From: Isurus oxyrinchus
Lineage: Eukaryota
NCBI GenBank assembly: GCA_026770705.1
Contig: JANJGN010000021.1
Location: 80,724,001-80,788,000, forward strand
DNA length: 64,000 nt
Direction of reading: 5' to 3'
The notes beneath the pieces are model-generated. The model was not told the DNA's origin and did no database searches. It worked only from the letters and a program-made list of their open reading frames with translations. Positions 42,001 to 54,000 of the stretch are shown piece after piece (within the stretch, counting starts at the first letter, position 1; each line of letters starts with the position of its first letter). Made by a program: the position numbers and the translations under genes.

Positions 42001-45000
42001 AAAATTGTATCCTTTATTTTAGATTGTCTCTCTGCTTTCTTCCTACCAAAAATAAATCACTTCATACTCCTCTGTATTGAACTTCATCTGCCACTTGTCC
42101 GCCCATTCCACCAACCTGTCCATGCCCCTTTGAAATTCTACACTATCCTCACAGTTCACAACACTTCTGAGTTTCATTTCATCCACGGTCTTTGATATTG
42201 TGCCCTGTATACCAAGGTCAAGGTCATTAATATACGTCAGATAGACCGAGGGTACCAGCAATGACCCCTGAAGAGCTCCACTTCAAACCTTTCTTGAGTC
42301 TGAAAGCATCCATTAACCACTACTCTCTGTTTCCTGTCATTGAGCCAATTTCATATCCTGTTGGTTTGTCCCTTTTATTCCATGAGCTCTGACTTTGTCA
42401 CAAGTCTGTTGTGCAATACATTATCAAATGCCTTTTGGAAGTCCATGTACACCACATTAACAGCATTACCCTCATCAATCCTCTCCACCTCATCAAAAGA
42501 GTTAAGCAACTTAGTTAAATGTGATTTTCCCCTTACAAATCCTTGCAGGCTTTCCTTAATTAACCCATATTTTCCCAAGTGACTATTAATTTTGTCCCAA
42601 ATTATTTCTAGAAGCTTTCACACCACCGTGGTTAAGCTATCTGGCAAGTAGCTGCTGGGCTTGTCATTACACCCTTTTTTGAACAAGGGTGTAACATTTG
42701 CAATTCTCCAGTCCTCTGCCTCCATCCCCGAGTCTAAGGAAGACTGGAAAATTATGGCTAGTGCCTCTGCAATTTCCACTGTCTGTATCCTAGGATACAT
42801 CTCATTCAGTCCTGATGCCTTATTAAATTTTAAGTATAGACGGCCTATCCAATACCACCACCTTATCAATTTTAAATCCCTCCAGTGTCAGAATAACGAC
42901 CTCTTTCACCATGACCTGTGCAGCATCTTCGTTATTGTAAAGACAGAAGCAAAGCATTAATTTAATACCTCACACATAGCTCCTGTCTCCATGCAGAAAT
43001 CCCTTTTCTGGTCATTAATTGGCCTAATTCTTCCTTTTGCCACCCTTTTACTATTTAAATGCCTATGGATAACTGTTGGATTCCCTTTTATATTAGCTGC
43101 TAGTCTCTTTTCACATTCTCTCTTTGTTTCGCTTATTTCCTTTATCACTCCCCCCCCCTCCCCCCAAATGTTTGATATTCAGCCTGGTTCTCAGTTGTAT
43201 TCGCCACCTGACATCAGTCATCAGCACACTTTTCCCTCTTTATCTTAATCTCTATCTCTTTTGTCATCCAGGGAGCTCTGGATTTCTTTGCCCTATCTTT
43301 CACTTTTGTGGGAATATCCCTTGACTCTGCCTGATCTATCTCCTCTTTAAAGACAGCCCATTGTTCAGTTACCATTAGTCCTGCCAACCTTTGATTCCAA
43401 TTTATTTTGGTCAGATCCATTCCTCCCCCATTGAAGTTGGCTTTGCCCCAGTTAATTATTCTTACTCTGGATTGTCCCCTGTCCTTTTCCATTGTCAACC
43501 TAAACCTTATGATACATTGATTGCTGTTCCTAAATGTTCTCTTACTGACACTTGATCCATTTGTACCCACCTCATTCCCAAAACCCAGTGTCTTCTTCGT
43601 TGTCGGACTGTAAATATACTGTTGTAGAAAATTTTCCTGAACACGCTCTAAGCACTCTTGTCCCTCTCTGCCCTTAGCACCATTACTATCCCAGTGTATT
43701 TTTGGATAATTAACATCCCCATTATAAATAGCTCTGTAATGTCCTTGCAAACTTGTTCCTCTACATCTTTCCCTCTAGTTGGTGACCTATAGACCACACC
43801 GAGCAATGTAATTGCACCTTTTTTTTCCCTTACCTCTAGCCAAATAGATTCTGTCCTTGGCCCCTCTGGGACATCCTCTCTCCCCAACACTGCACTGTTC
43901 TCCTTAATTAATACTGTCACCCCTCCTCCTTTCTTTTTCTATTTTTCCCAAACATCTTCTATCCAGGAATATATAATACTCAGCTCTGCCCATAAGGACT
44001 GCAGCAATTCAAGGAGAAGGACCCTACCATTTTATCTTGGTGGTTAGGGTTGAACAATAAGCGGCACACACATTCTAAGAGCAACTAACGCATCAAATGG
44101 GGCAGACATTCTGAGTTGCTGTCTTTCAGATGTAATGTTAAACTGAGGTTGCTTCTTTCTTCAAAGGTGGTCATCAAAGGTCCCATGGTGCTACTGAAAG
44201 AAGAATAGATAGTTCTCTGAGTGTCTTAGTCAAAGTTTATTCCCCAGCCATGGATACAGATGAACTTGACTTTCATCTCGTTGGCTGTTTGCAGGATCTT
44301 GCTGTGTACACAGCAGGTTGAAATCATTGTAAAGAATTTGAAGATGAGATAAGGGGCTAAATAAATGTAAACTCTTTCTTTAGTTAACTTGTCTTCTACT
44401 ATAGGTTGAAATAGTCTAATTTCTGGTCTGAACTGATAGCCTCCTCATGGTTAGGAATTGGTTATTGTCACTCATTGTCTAATTCCACACTGCATACCTA
44501 CCTGTTATATAATATATTATAATATTACATTCTCTTTATCCTGCTATATCACTGATTAATGGTATCCATATTGTGTGTCCTATCTGTCCACAGTTGCCCC
44601 TCAAATTGCCATGTACCCTGAAGACCCTGTAGAATGGGGACAGCCCAACATGTTGATCTGTCTGGCTGATGGGTTCCACCCTCCACACATCACCATGACG
44701 TGGAGAAGAAACAATGAAGAACTGACTGATGGAGTCAACATCACAGAGTACTATATAAAAATAGATTATTCCTACCAGAGATTCACATACCTGAGTTTCA
44801 TCCCAAGTCCAGGAGATATGTATTCCTGTCATGTGGATCATGAGAGTCTGGAGGAGCCAACAACTGTATTCTGGGGTTAGTATGGATTTGATTATCCAGA
44901 AATTGATTGCTGGTTTATAACAAGCAACTGTGTAATGCCCAAACTTCACTTCTTGTTGTTAAAAGGCCTCAATTTACATTTTTCACCTATAAAGTCGACA

Positions 45001-48000
45001 GAATCCCATGTACTAAAATGTAATTAGTTTGACTGGTTGGTGAGCAAGTGTGATTAGGGCATTAATTGTAAACCCAATGTAGAGTCCAACAAAAATATCT
45101 CAACATCTTAATTAAATCAAAAGTTGACTTTCACAGATGAGTAGAAGTGGTTCATTGTGTAATCTTCAGCAATGAATCTCTGCTCAGTGTTGAACTTATC
45201 CAGTCATGGGTTCTGCAGAAAATATATGTAGAATAATACCATGAAAACCAACATCATGCTAGCTGCACTATGTGTCTGTTACATTTCTCTGTCCTGCATA
45301 TTCTTTATACTTTGAATTTTGTGGTTTAGATTATTCTCATTGGTGAGTTTTTCACTCAGTTAGGTACTCCAGACCACCTTCAGCAGTAATGAAATCTAGA
45401 GCAGCCCAGAAAAGTGAGCAACTAGATTTATGTAATGCTGCCCCCTGTTTCTGAGAAGCAGACTATCACACCAAACCCTGTTTTAGGCTTTAACTGTGAA
45501 CAAGTTAATTGAAAATTTGATGAACAAGTGATCCTTATATATAATATATTCTAACTTGCATGGCGTTTCCCACAGTAAGTCAGTGAATATAATATCTTCT
45601 TTACCTTTGATGTCTCTGTGTTCTTTCTCTGGCCTTCTTTTGCCCCCCTCTCTTTCTTATTGCCTGCTTTCTCCTTAATTCTTCTTGCTTCCTCCACTCT
45701 CATGTTTTCTTGTTTTCTCTTTCTCTCTCTCTCTCACTCTCTGTACACCACCAACAACTTTGTGGTTACGCAGCATATATGGCCATTGGTCCCTTCTCCT
45801 CCACCAAGGACTCAGCCTTTTCCCCACTCCTTTCTTTTCTCTGACCGTGTTCTGAGAAAATCAAAGTGTGATGTCACAGGGAAACAGGTAAGTGATTGGT
45901 TGGTGAGTATCTTTTTTTCATTATCTTCTGAAACTCAGGTAATTTATTCATAATTGATAGCTTTTATTGGTAGCAGTAAGGTTTACTTGCAGTAATAAAG
46001 CTTATTAGTAGTAGCCTTTATCAAATAAATTAATTGAGAGAAAAATAAATGGCACAAAGATTGGCCGGGTGGTTAACAGTGAGGTTGAGTGTCTTGGGCT
46101 ACAGGAAGATATAGACGGGATGGTCAAATGGGCAGATAAGTGGCAGATGGAATTTAACCCTGAAAAGTGTGAGGTGATTCACTTTGGAAGGAGTGTTACC
46201 TGGCAGGGGAGAGACCTTCATCGCGTTTCTGCCAGGGAAAGAGAAATGGCTATAACCAGTTGAACTCCTTACCATGGGGTACCTAACACTATCCGAGTCA
46301 TGGTGAAGGGCAGCGAGCAAGGAACAGGAATAGATAGGACCTTCTTCACCAAGAGGATCCTATTCAAGCTGTGTGGTTTCGAGGCTGCGGAGATCTACTG
46401 CCTACAGGATTTCCCCAGTGCTGGATTTTTTGATGTGACTTTCATGCAAGTGGCAGCTTGTGTCAAACTCCTGAAGGTGTTTGAGGAAAAGAAAGACCTG
46501 CCAGAAATGAAGATCCTGACGGCGGAGCCGCTCTGTGCTCTGCCGTTGCAACGAGACTGGGTTGCGACGGTGCATCTTTACAACCCCTTCATCCCTGTCG
46601 CTGATGTGCTCACCTTCCTTACCAGGTACTTCGATAAGGTTGGGAGCTGCACTGTGGTTAGAGATGATTTGGGGATCTGGACATGTAAACGCCAGGTTAA
46701 GGTAACGCTCAAGACCGATGGTAAGGAAGCCGTCTTCCACCCCCCCTTCCAGATTTGCTATCGGGGGAAGCCGTGGCTACCTTGTCTACGCTGGGCAACC
46801 CAAACTTTGTCGCTCATGCAGCAAGTCTGGTCATGTGGCGGCCAACTGCAGCGCCTGTCCTCTGCAAGAACTGCAAACAGGAAGGGCACCAGACAAAAGA
46901 TTGTAAACAGGCTAAGTGCTGCAACCTGTGTGGCGAGGCAAGTCACCTCTACAAGACCTGCCCCAAACGTTGCCGTACTAATGCACAGGCAGCCAAAGCC
47001 AACGAGGGGGAAGCAGAAGAAATGCCTCGTGTCACTCCAACCACCAAGGCCCCCAGGGAGAACAACGGGACAAAGGAGGACACAGAGAGAGACAAGGTGG
47101 AGGAAAAGATTGGGGCAACAGACAGCCAATCAACAGCACTGCCCCCTGAACCTCCCACTCCTCAGGAGAGGGAATCAATGGAGGAGGAGGAGGCAGCAGT
47201 GGGAAAGCAGCAGGGTGAGTGGCAGCTGGTGAAGAGAGCCAAAAGGATGAAGGGGCTAAGAAGAAACCAAGCCACTTCCCAGACAAGAGTCAAGAGACGT
47301 CTCCTATCCGACACGGATAACAAGAGCAGCAGCTCTTCGGACGAAGAAGGGCCAGGGCGGCGCCAACAGAAGAAGCGGCAAAACGCTAGGGAGTTGGAGG
47401 AAGAGACACCCGAGCTCCAGAACATTGGAGATAATGAAGAGACCAGCGCAGCCCAACTTTGCCCACAACCCGAAGAGGCCAGTGTACCACAGCCCCAGGA
47501 ATCTGGGAACAGTGAGGCACTCAGCGCACCCCAGCTCCGGGAAGCTGGGAGCAGCAACGCCCCAGAGGGAGAGAGGATTGGAGAAGCTTCTCAAACAGAG
47601 GACATTTCAAACCCCGCTCTCTGCACAGACCCCCAGATGCCACCCGAGCAGAACATCTCCAATGGGGAGGTTCAGGATGCTTTCCTCAGCCCATCCAAAG
47701 TGAAGCAATTTGAGCACACCACGGGCATGAAGGATCTCTCAGAGACAACAGGTTTGGTAAGCGACTAACTGCTTTAAAATGGGTGTAAGGATTGTATCCA
47801 TAAATGTGCGTAGCAATAAATCTACTACGCAATGTGTTGTGACCTTGGATTACCTTGCCAAGGTCAAAGCTGACCTGTTGTTTCTGCAGGAGTGTGCGAT
47901 ACCGCACCTCAGCTCCTACAGGCAATGGTCACGATGGTGGTCCCATGGGCCATCGATCTGGTCGGGAGGAAACGACTCTCGTTCCTCCGGCCTGGGTATT

Positions 48001-51000
48001 CTGCTGCGGGGAGGCAGCTTCACCATCTCCCAGGTTAAGGAGGTGGTGGGCGGGTGCCTCCTCATAGCAGACGTAATATACAAGAATGCTCCACTCCAGT
48101 TAATTAACGTCTACGCCCCGTCACAAGGTGCTGAGCGGCTGGAGGTTTTTCAGCGGCTCCCACTGCTGCTGGCGACCTCCAGGCCGGTCATTCTGGGCGG
48201 TGACTTCAACTGCATCATCGATGCGGCTGGACAATCCGGCAGGGCCGACAGCAGATTGGACGTTACGTCCAGGTCCCTGATGGAAACAGTTAAGGATGCC
48301 AAGCTGCATGATGTCTTCAGCAACCCTGCAGACGGAGCGCAGCGTAGATACACCTGGTCGCGGCCTGACGGGTCCATCTGTTCCAGGATAGATTTCCTGT
48401 TTGTGTCCCGTGCATTCACAGTCAGATCCACCGATGTCAAGCCGGTGTTCTTCTCTGACCACTGCCTCCTACTGGCTGACTGTCACTTAGAGGAAGACCA
48501 GAGGGTTGGCAGGGGGGTATGAAAGCTAAACATGAAACTGCTGACCCCAGAGAACATTGAGGAGCTCAAGAGGGATTACAAAGGTTGGAGAACCATGAAA
48601 CTCCACTTTGAATCACTGACACACTGGTGGGAAGTGATCAAGGGAAACATCAAGAGGTTTTTCATCCTCAAAGGCACAGAAAGCTAGAAAGGAACAGAGG
48701 GAAATGTCCCGACTCCAGAAAAACATGCAGAATCTGCTCCGGCTGCAGTCGATGGGGCTCGATATCAAGGAGGAGCTCCAAGAGGTGAAGAGCCAGCAAG
48801 CCTCACTCTTTGCCTCGGAGGCCTCCAAGATCATCTTCCGTTCCAGAGCCCGCTCCATGGAGCAGGACGAGACACGCTCATGTTTCTTCTTCCAAAAGGT
48901 ACACAGAGAGAGCTCTGTGATCAGCAGCCTGAAGGAAGAAGCTAGCTCAGTAAAGTCATTACAGTCCGACATTTTGAGGATCAGCAAATCCTTTTATGCC
49001 GGATTGTATGACGTGAAGCCCACAGACAGCACGGCCTCCCAGTCCTTCCTGTCCTCTATCACGGAGGTCTTAGATGACAGTACACGGGAGAGTCTGGACA
49101 AAGCGCTAACTCCTGATGAACTGACTAAGGCCCTTGAGTCCTTCGAGAAGAGTAAAACTCCCGGAAGTGACGGCTTGCCGGTGGAGTTGTATTTGGCTCT
49201 GTGGGACTGGATCGGCCCAGACCTGCTAGAAGTGTACGAGAGTATGCTCCTGGCCGGCATTATGTCAGAATCCATGAGGAAAGGCTTTATCACCCTCATC
49301 TACAAGCACAAGGGGGAAACGGAGGAAATTAGAAATTGGCGACCCATTTCACTGTTGAATGTGCATTATAAGATTCTGTCCAAGGTCATCGCCAATCGGG
49401 TCAAATCCGCTCTGGAATTGGTGATCCACCCTGACCAGACCTGCACTGTGCCGGGCAGGAAGATCTCTGACAGCCTCGTGCTGCTCAGTGATACGATTGC
49501 CTATGTACAGGACAGGGATGTGGATACCTGCCTCATCAGCCTGGATCAGGAGAAGGCCTTTGACAGAATATCGCACACCTATATGGTGGATGTGCTCTCC
49601 AAAATGGGGTTTGGGGAGGGAATTCGCAATTGGATCCAACTGCTCTACACTAACATCAGTAGTGCAGTCTCAGTCAATGGGTGGGAATCAGATAGCTTTC
49701 CTATTAAATCTGGAGTCAGGCAGGGCTGTCCTCTCTCGCCTGTTCTTTTCGTGTGTTGCACAGAACCCATTGCTGAGTCCATCAGGAAGGATCCGGGCAT
49801 AAGAGGAGTGACGATCCCAGGCAGTGGAGGCACTCAGATCAAAGCCTCACTGTACATGGACGATGTCACCGTCTTCTGCTCGGATCTGCTGTCGGTGCGC
49901 AGACTGACCCACATCTGCGACCAGTTCGAACTGGCTTCGGGAGCCAAGGTAAATCGTGGGAAGAGCGAGGCCATGTTCGTTGGGAACTGGGCTGACTGAT
50001 CCTTTGTCCCCTTCACTGTCAGGGCTGATGGCCTGAAGGTGCTGGGGATATGGTTCGGAGGGACCAGGGCATGCATTAGAAACTGGAAGGAGCGAGTGTC
50101 TATGGTGAAAAGGAAACTGGGCATGTGGGAGCGACGCTCCCTCTCTATTGTGGGTAAGAACCTGGTCATCAGGTGTGAGGCACTCTCGCTGTTGCTGCAG
50201 GTCTGGCCCATTCCACACTCCAGTGTGGTGGCGATCACCCGAGCCATCTTCCACTTTATCTGGAGGTCGAAAATGGATCGTGTCCGCAGAGATGCGATGT
50301 ACAAGCCTCTAGATAAAGGGGGAAAAACCGTGCCCAACGTCGCCCTCATACTGATGGCCACCTTTGTGTGCGGCTGCATCAAGCGGTGCGTAGACCCTCA
50401 GTATGCAAACACCAAGTGTCACTACATGCTGAGGTTCTACCTGTCCCCAGTGTTACGAAGGATGGGTCTGGCCACGCTGCCGCAGAACGGTCCAAGTAGT
50501 TGGACCGTGCCACACCACCTGTCCCTCGTGGGAAAATTTATGCAGAGAAACACCTTTGACCACAAGTCCATCAGGCAGTGGTCGGCACGTAACGTCTTAA
50601 AGGCCCTGAGGGAAAAGGAGAGGGTGGATCCTGTGGGATTGTTCCCTGAGCAGTCTGACAAAGTCATTTGGCAGAATGCCTCATCGCCAGAACTTTCTAA
50701 CAAGCACCAAGATGTAGCTTGGCTGGTGGTGAGAAAGGCCCTCCCTGTCAGATCCTTCCTACACGCCAGGAGTCTCACCCCCTCTGCACGTTGCCCTCGA
50801 GGTGGCTGTGATGGGGAAGAGACCGTTGTTCACCTCCTTGTAGATTGTGTCTTTGCAAAGAAGGTCTGGAGAGAGATGCAGTGGTTTCTGTCGCGTTTCG
50901 TCCCGAGCAGTTCTGTGACACAGGACTCTGTGCTCTACGGGCTGTTCCCAGGTACACACACCGAGACAAACATCAACTGCAGCTGGAGGATCATCAACTC

Positions 51001-54000
51001 GGTGAAAGACGCTCTTTGGTCTGCCCGAAACTTGTTGGTTTTCCAGCGCAAAGAGTTGTCCCCGACCGAGTGTTGCAGACTGGCACATTCCAAAGTCCAG
51101 GACTACGTGCTGAAGGACACAGTTAAGCTTGGGGCAGCCGCCACAAAGGCTCAATGGGGAAGGGTCGCTGCCTAAGACCTTTCTGCCACAGTGCACTGAG
51201 GGACTGGGAACTGTAAAGAGTTCCTCAGGCTGTACAGCTTAAAATGAATGTCTGCCAATGATTGTAATATTCATTGTTTGTACTGATACACCTTGTGATT
51301 CATGTTGTAAAAGTTGAACCTGATTGTAGTTTTGTAATGGTGATTTTGAAATGGTTCAAAATGTTTTTGAAGATTTAAGAATAAAGTATATTTTTGCAAA
51401 AAAAAAGATACACTTTGGAAGCAGTAATTTGACAAGGAAGCATTCAGTGAACGGCATGGCACCAGGAAGTTCTGGGGAACAAAGGGACCTTGGCATGTGT
51501 GTCCATAGATCTCTGAAGGCAGAGGGGCATGTTAGTGGGGTGGTGCAAAAGGCATATGGGACACTTGCCTTTATCAATCGAGGCATAGATTACAAAAGTA
51601 GGGAGGTCATGTTGGAGTTGTATAGAACCTTGTGGGTGCCACAGCTGGAGTGCTGTGTGCAGTTCTGGTCACCACATTATAGGAATAATGTGATTGAACC
51701 GGAGGTGGTGCAGAGGGGATTCGCCAGGATATTGCCTGGGATGAAACATTTAAGTAATGAAGAGAGGTTGGATAGACTTGGGTTGTTTTCATTGGAGCAG
51801 AGAAGACTGAGGGGCGACCTGATCGAGGTGTACAAGATTATGAGGGACATGGACAGGGTAAATAAGGAGCAGCTGTTCCCCTTAGTTGAAGGGTCAGTCA
51901 CAAGTGGACACAAGTTCAAGGTGAGGGGCAGGAGGTTTAGGGAGGATGTGAGGAAAAATGTTTTTACCTAGAGGATGATGATGGCCTGGAATGCGCTGCC
52001 TGGGAGGGTGTTGGAGGTGGGTTGCCTCACATCCTTTAGAAAGTACCTGGATGAGCACTTGGCATGTCATAACATTCAAGACTATAGGCCAAGTGCTGGT
52101 AAATGGGATTAGGTAGGTAGGTCAGGTTTTGTCAAGTGTCGGTGCAGACTTGATGGGCCGAAGGGCCTCTTCTGCACTGTGTGATTCTGTGAATTAGCAT
52201 GTAATAAGGATGGGCAGGTGATGTGTTGCGGCTGCAGGTTCCATCAAGGTATTCAAAAGTGAAAAAAAACAAAAACAGAATTACCTGGAAAAACTCAGCA
52301 GGTCCGGCAGCATCAGCGGAGAAGAAAAGAGTTGACGTTTCGAGTCCTCATGACCCTTCGACAGAACTTGAGTTCGAATCCAAGAAAGAGTTGAAATATA
52401 AGCTGGTTTAAGGTGTGTTTGTGGGGGGCGGAGAGATAGAGAGAGAGAGAGAGGTTGGGGGGGGTGTGTGGTTGTGTGGACAAACAAGCAGTGATAGAAG
52501 CAGATCATCAAAAGATGTCAACGACAGTGGTACAATAGAACACATAGGTGTTAAAGTTAAAGTTGGTGATATTATCTAAACGAATGTGCTAATTAAGAAT
52601 GGATGGTAGGGCACTCAAGGTATAGCTCTAGTGGGGTTTTTTTTTATATAATGGAAATAGGTGGGAAAAGGAAAATCTTTATAATTTATTGGAAAAAAAA
52701 GGAAGGGGGAAACAGAAAGGGGGTGGGGATGGGGAGGGAGCTCACGACCTAAAGTTGTTGAATTCAATATTCAGTCCGGAAGGTGCCTAGTCGGAAGATG
52801 AGGTGTTGTTCCTCCAGTTTGCGTTGGGCTTCACTGGAACAATGCAGCAAGCCAAGGACAGACATGTGGGCAAGAGAGCAGGGTGGAGTGTTAAAATGGC
52901 AAGCGACAGGGAGGTTTGGGTCATTCTTGCGGACAGACCGCAGGTGTTCTGCAAAGCGGTCGCCCAGTTTACGTTTGGTCTCTCGAATGTAGAGGAGACC
53001 ACATTGGGAGCAACGAATGCAGTAGACTAAGTTGGGGGAAATGCAAGTGAAATGCTGCTTCACTTGAAAGGAGTGTTTGGGCCCTTGGACGGTGAGGAGA
53101 GAGGAAGTGAAGGGGCAGGTGTTACATCTTTTGCGTGGGCATGGGGTGGTGCCATAGGAGGGGGTTGAGGAGTAGGGGGTGATGGAGGAGTGGACCAGGG
53201 TGTCCCGGAGGGAGCGATCCCTACGGAATGCCGATAAGGGGGCATTCCCTCCAGCAGCACCGCCGTACCCTTTTTCAAAGCTGCGCGTGCCCCCAGTTTC
53301 ATTTTATCCTTCGGCTCATCCGACGCCTCAACAAGAAACTTTTTCTCTTTCTCTCAAGTGCTAAGGAACACAAGCTCCAACAACTCATCAACACCAACAC
53401 CCAACTAGGACCCTCCACCCCTACCTGTCCCTCCGTCCCCACCCTTTCTTCCAATCCCAACCCCAGCCGTGTATTCACTATACCCCCTGACCTTCCCCTC
53501 TCCGATGCTGAACATTCAGTGCTCAGCAAAGGACTTAGTTTCATACCCTTACGCCCTCACCTCAATGAATTTCGGGCTCGGCATGATACTGAACTCTTCT
53601 TCCGCCGTCTTCGTTTCCGGGCTCACTTCTTTGGGCAGGAGTCCTCTCCCAGTTCAACAGATCCTTTTACCCATCTCCAATATTCTCCCTCCACCTGGAC
53701 CCCACCCTCTGGATTCTTACCTTCTCTTGATCTTTTCATTGAGAACTGACGGCGCGACATTAGTTGTCTCAATTTCTCTGCTCCTCTCACCCATTCTAAC
53801 CTGTCTCTCTCTGAACTTACTGCACTCCATTTTCTCAGGTCCAACCCTGACATTGTCATCAAACCCGCTGACAAGTGTGGTGCTGTTGTTGTCTGGCGCA
53901 CTGACCTCTACCTCGCGGAGGCTGAGCGTCAACTCGCAGACACTTCCTCCTACCTCTCCCTGGACCATGACCCCACCACTGAACATCAAGCCATTGTTTC

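Larger units (their letters stand above)
46195..51406 (+). mobile_element. Full-length Tx1/L1-clade non-LTR retrotransposon, inactivated, 5212 bp
   Basis: ORF1 has three CCHC knuckles and ORF2 has APE, RT (YMDD) and a C-terminal Zn finger. AATAAA is at 51380 and poly(A) at 51398-51406. The 19-bp TSD is GATTCACTTTGGAAGGAGT (46176-46194) / GATACACTTTGGAAGCAGT (51407-51425). Confidence 0.93.
46051..52192 (+). mobile_element. CR1 (HER1-like) 3' fragment split in two (46051-46194 and 51407-52192) by the Tx1 insertion
   Basis: [32 protein letters not shown] continues after the insertion as [10 protein letters not shown]...RDLG...[12 protein letters not shown]. The 3' tail is gattctgtga. Confidence 0.9.

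Noticed and set aside
45876-45901. Second X/Y-like module (cagggaaacagg...gtgattggtt) in intron 3
   Set aside because: The X-Y spacing is only a few bp instead of 19-20, and it lies in probable repeat-derived sequence.
46196-46360. Functional U1 snRNA gene
   Set aside because: Only about 30 nt match. Stem-loops II-IV, the Sm site and an upstream PSE are absent, and the upstream sequence is CR1.
47779-51175. Active, intact Tx1 ORF2
   Set aside because: In-frame stops and frameshifts split it into three ORFs, so this copy is dead.
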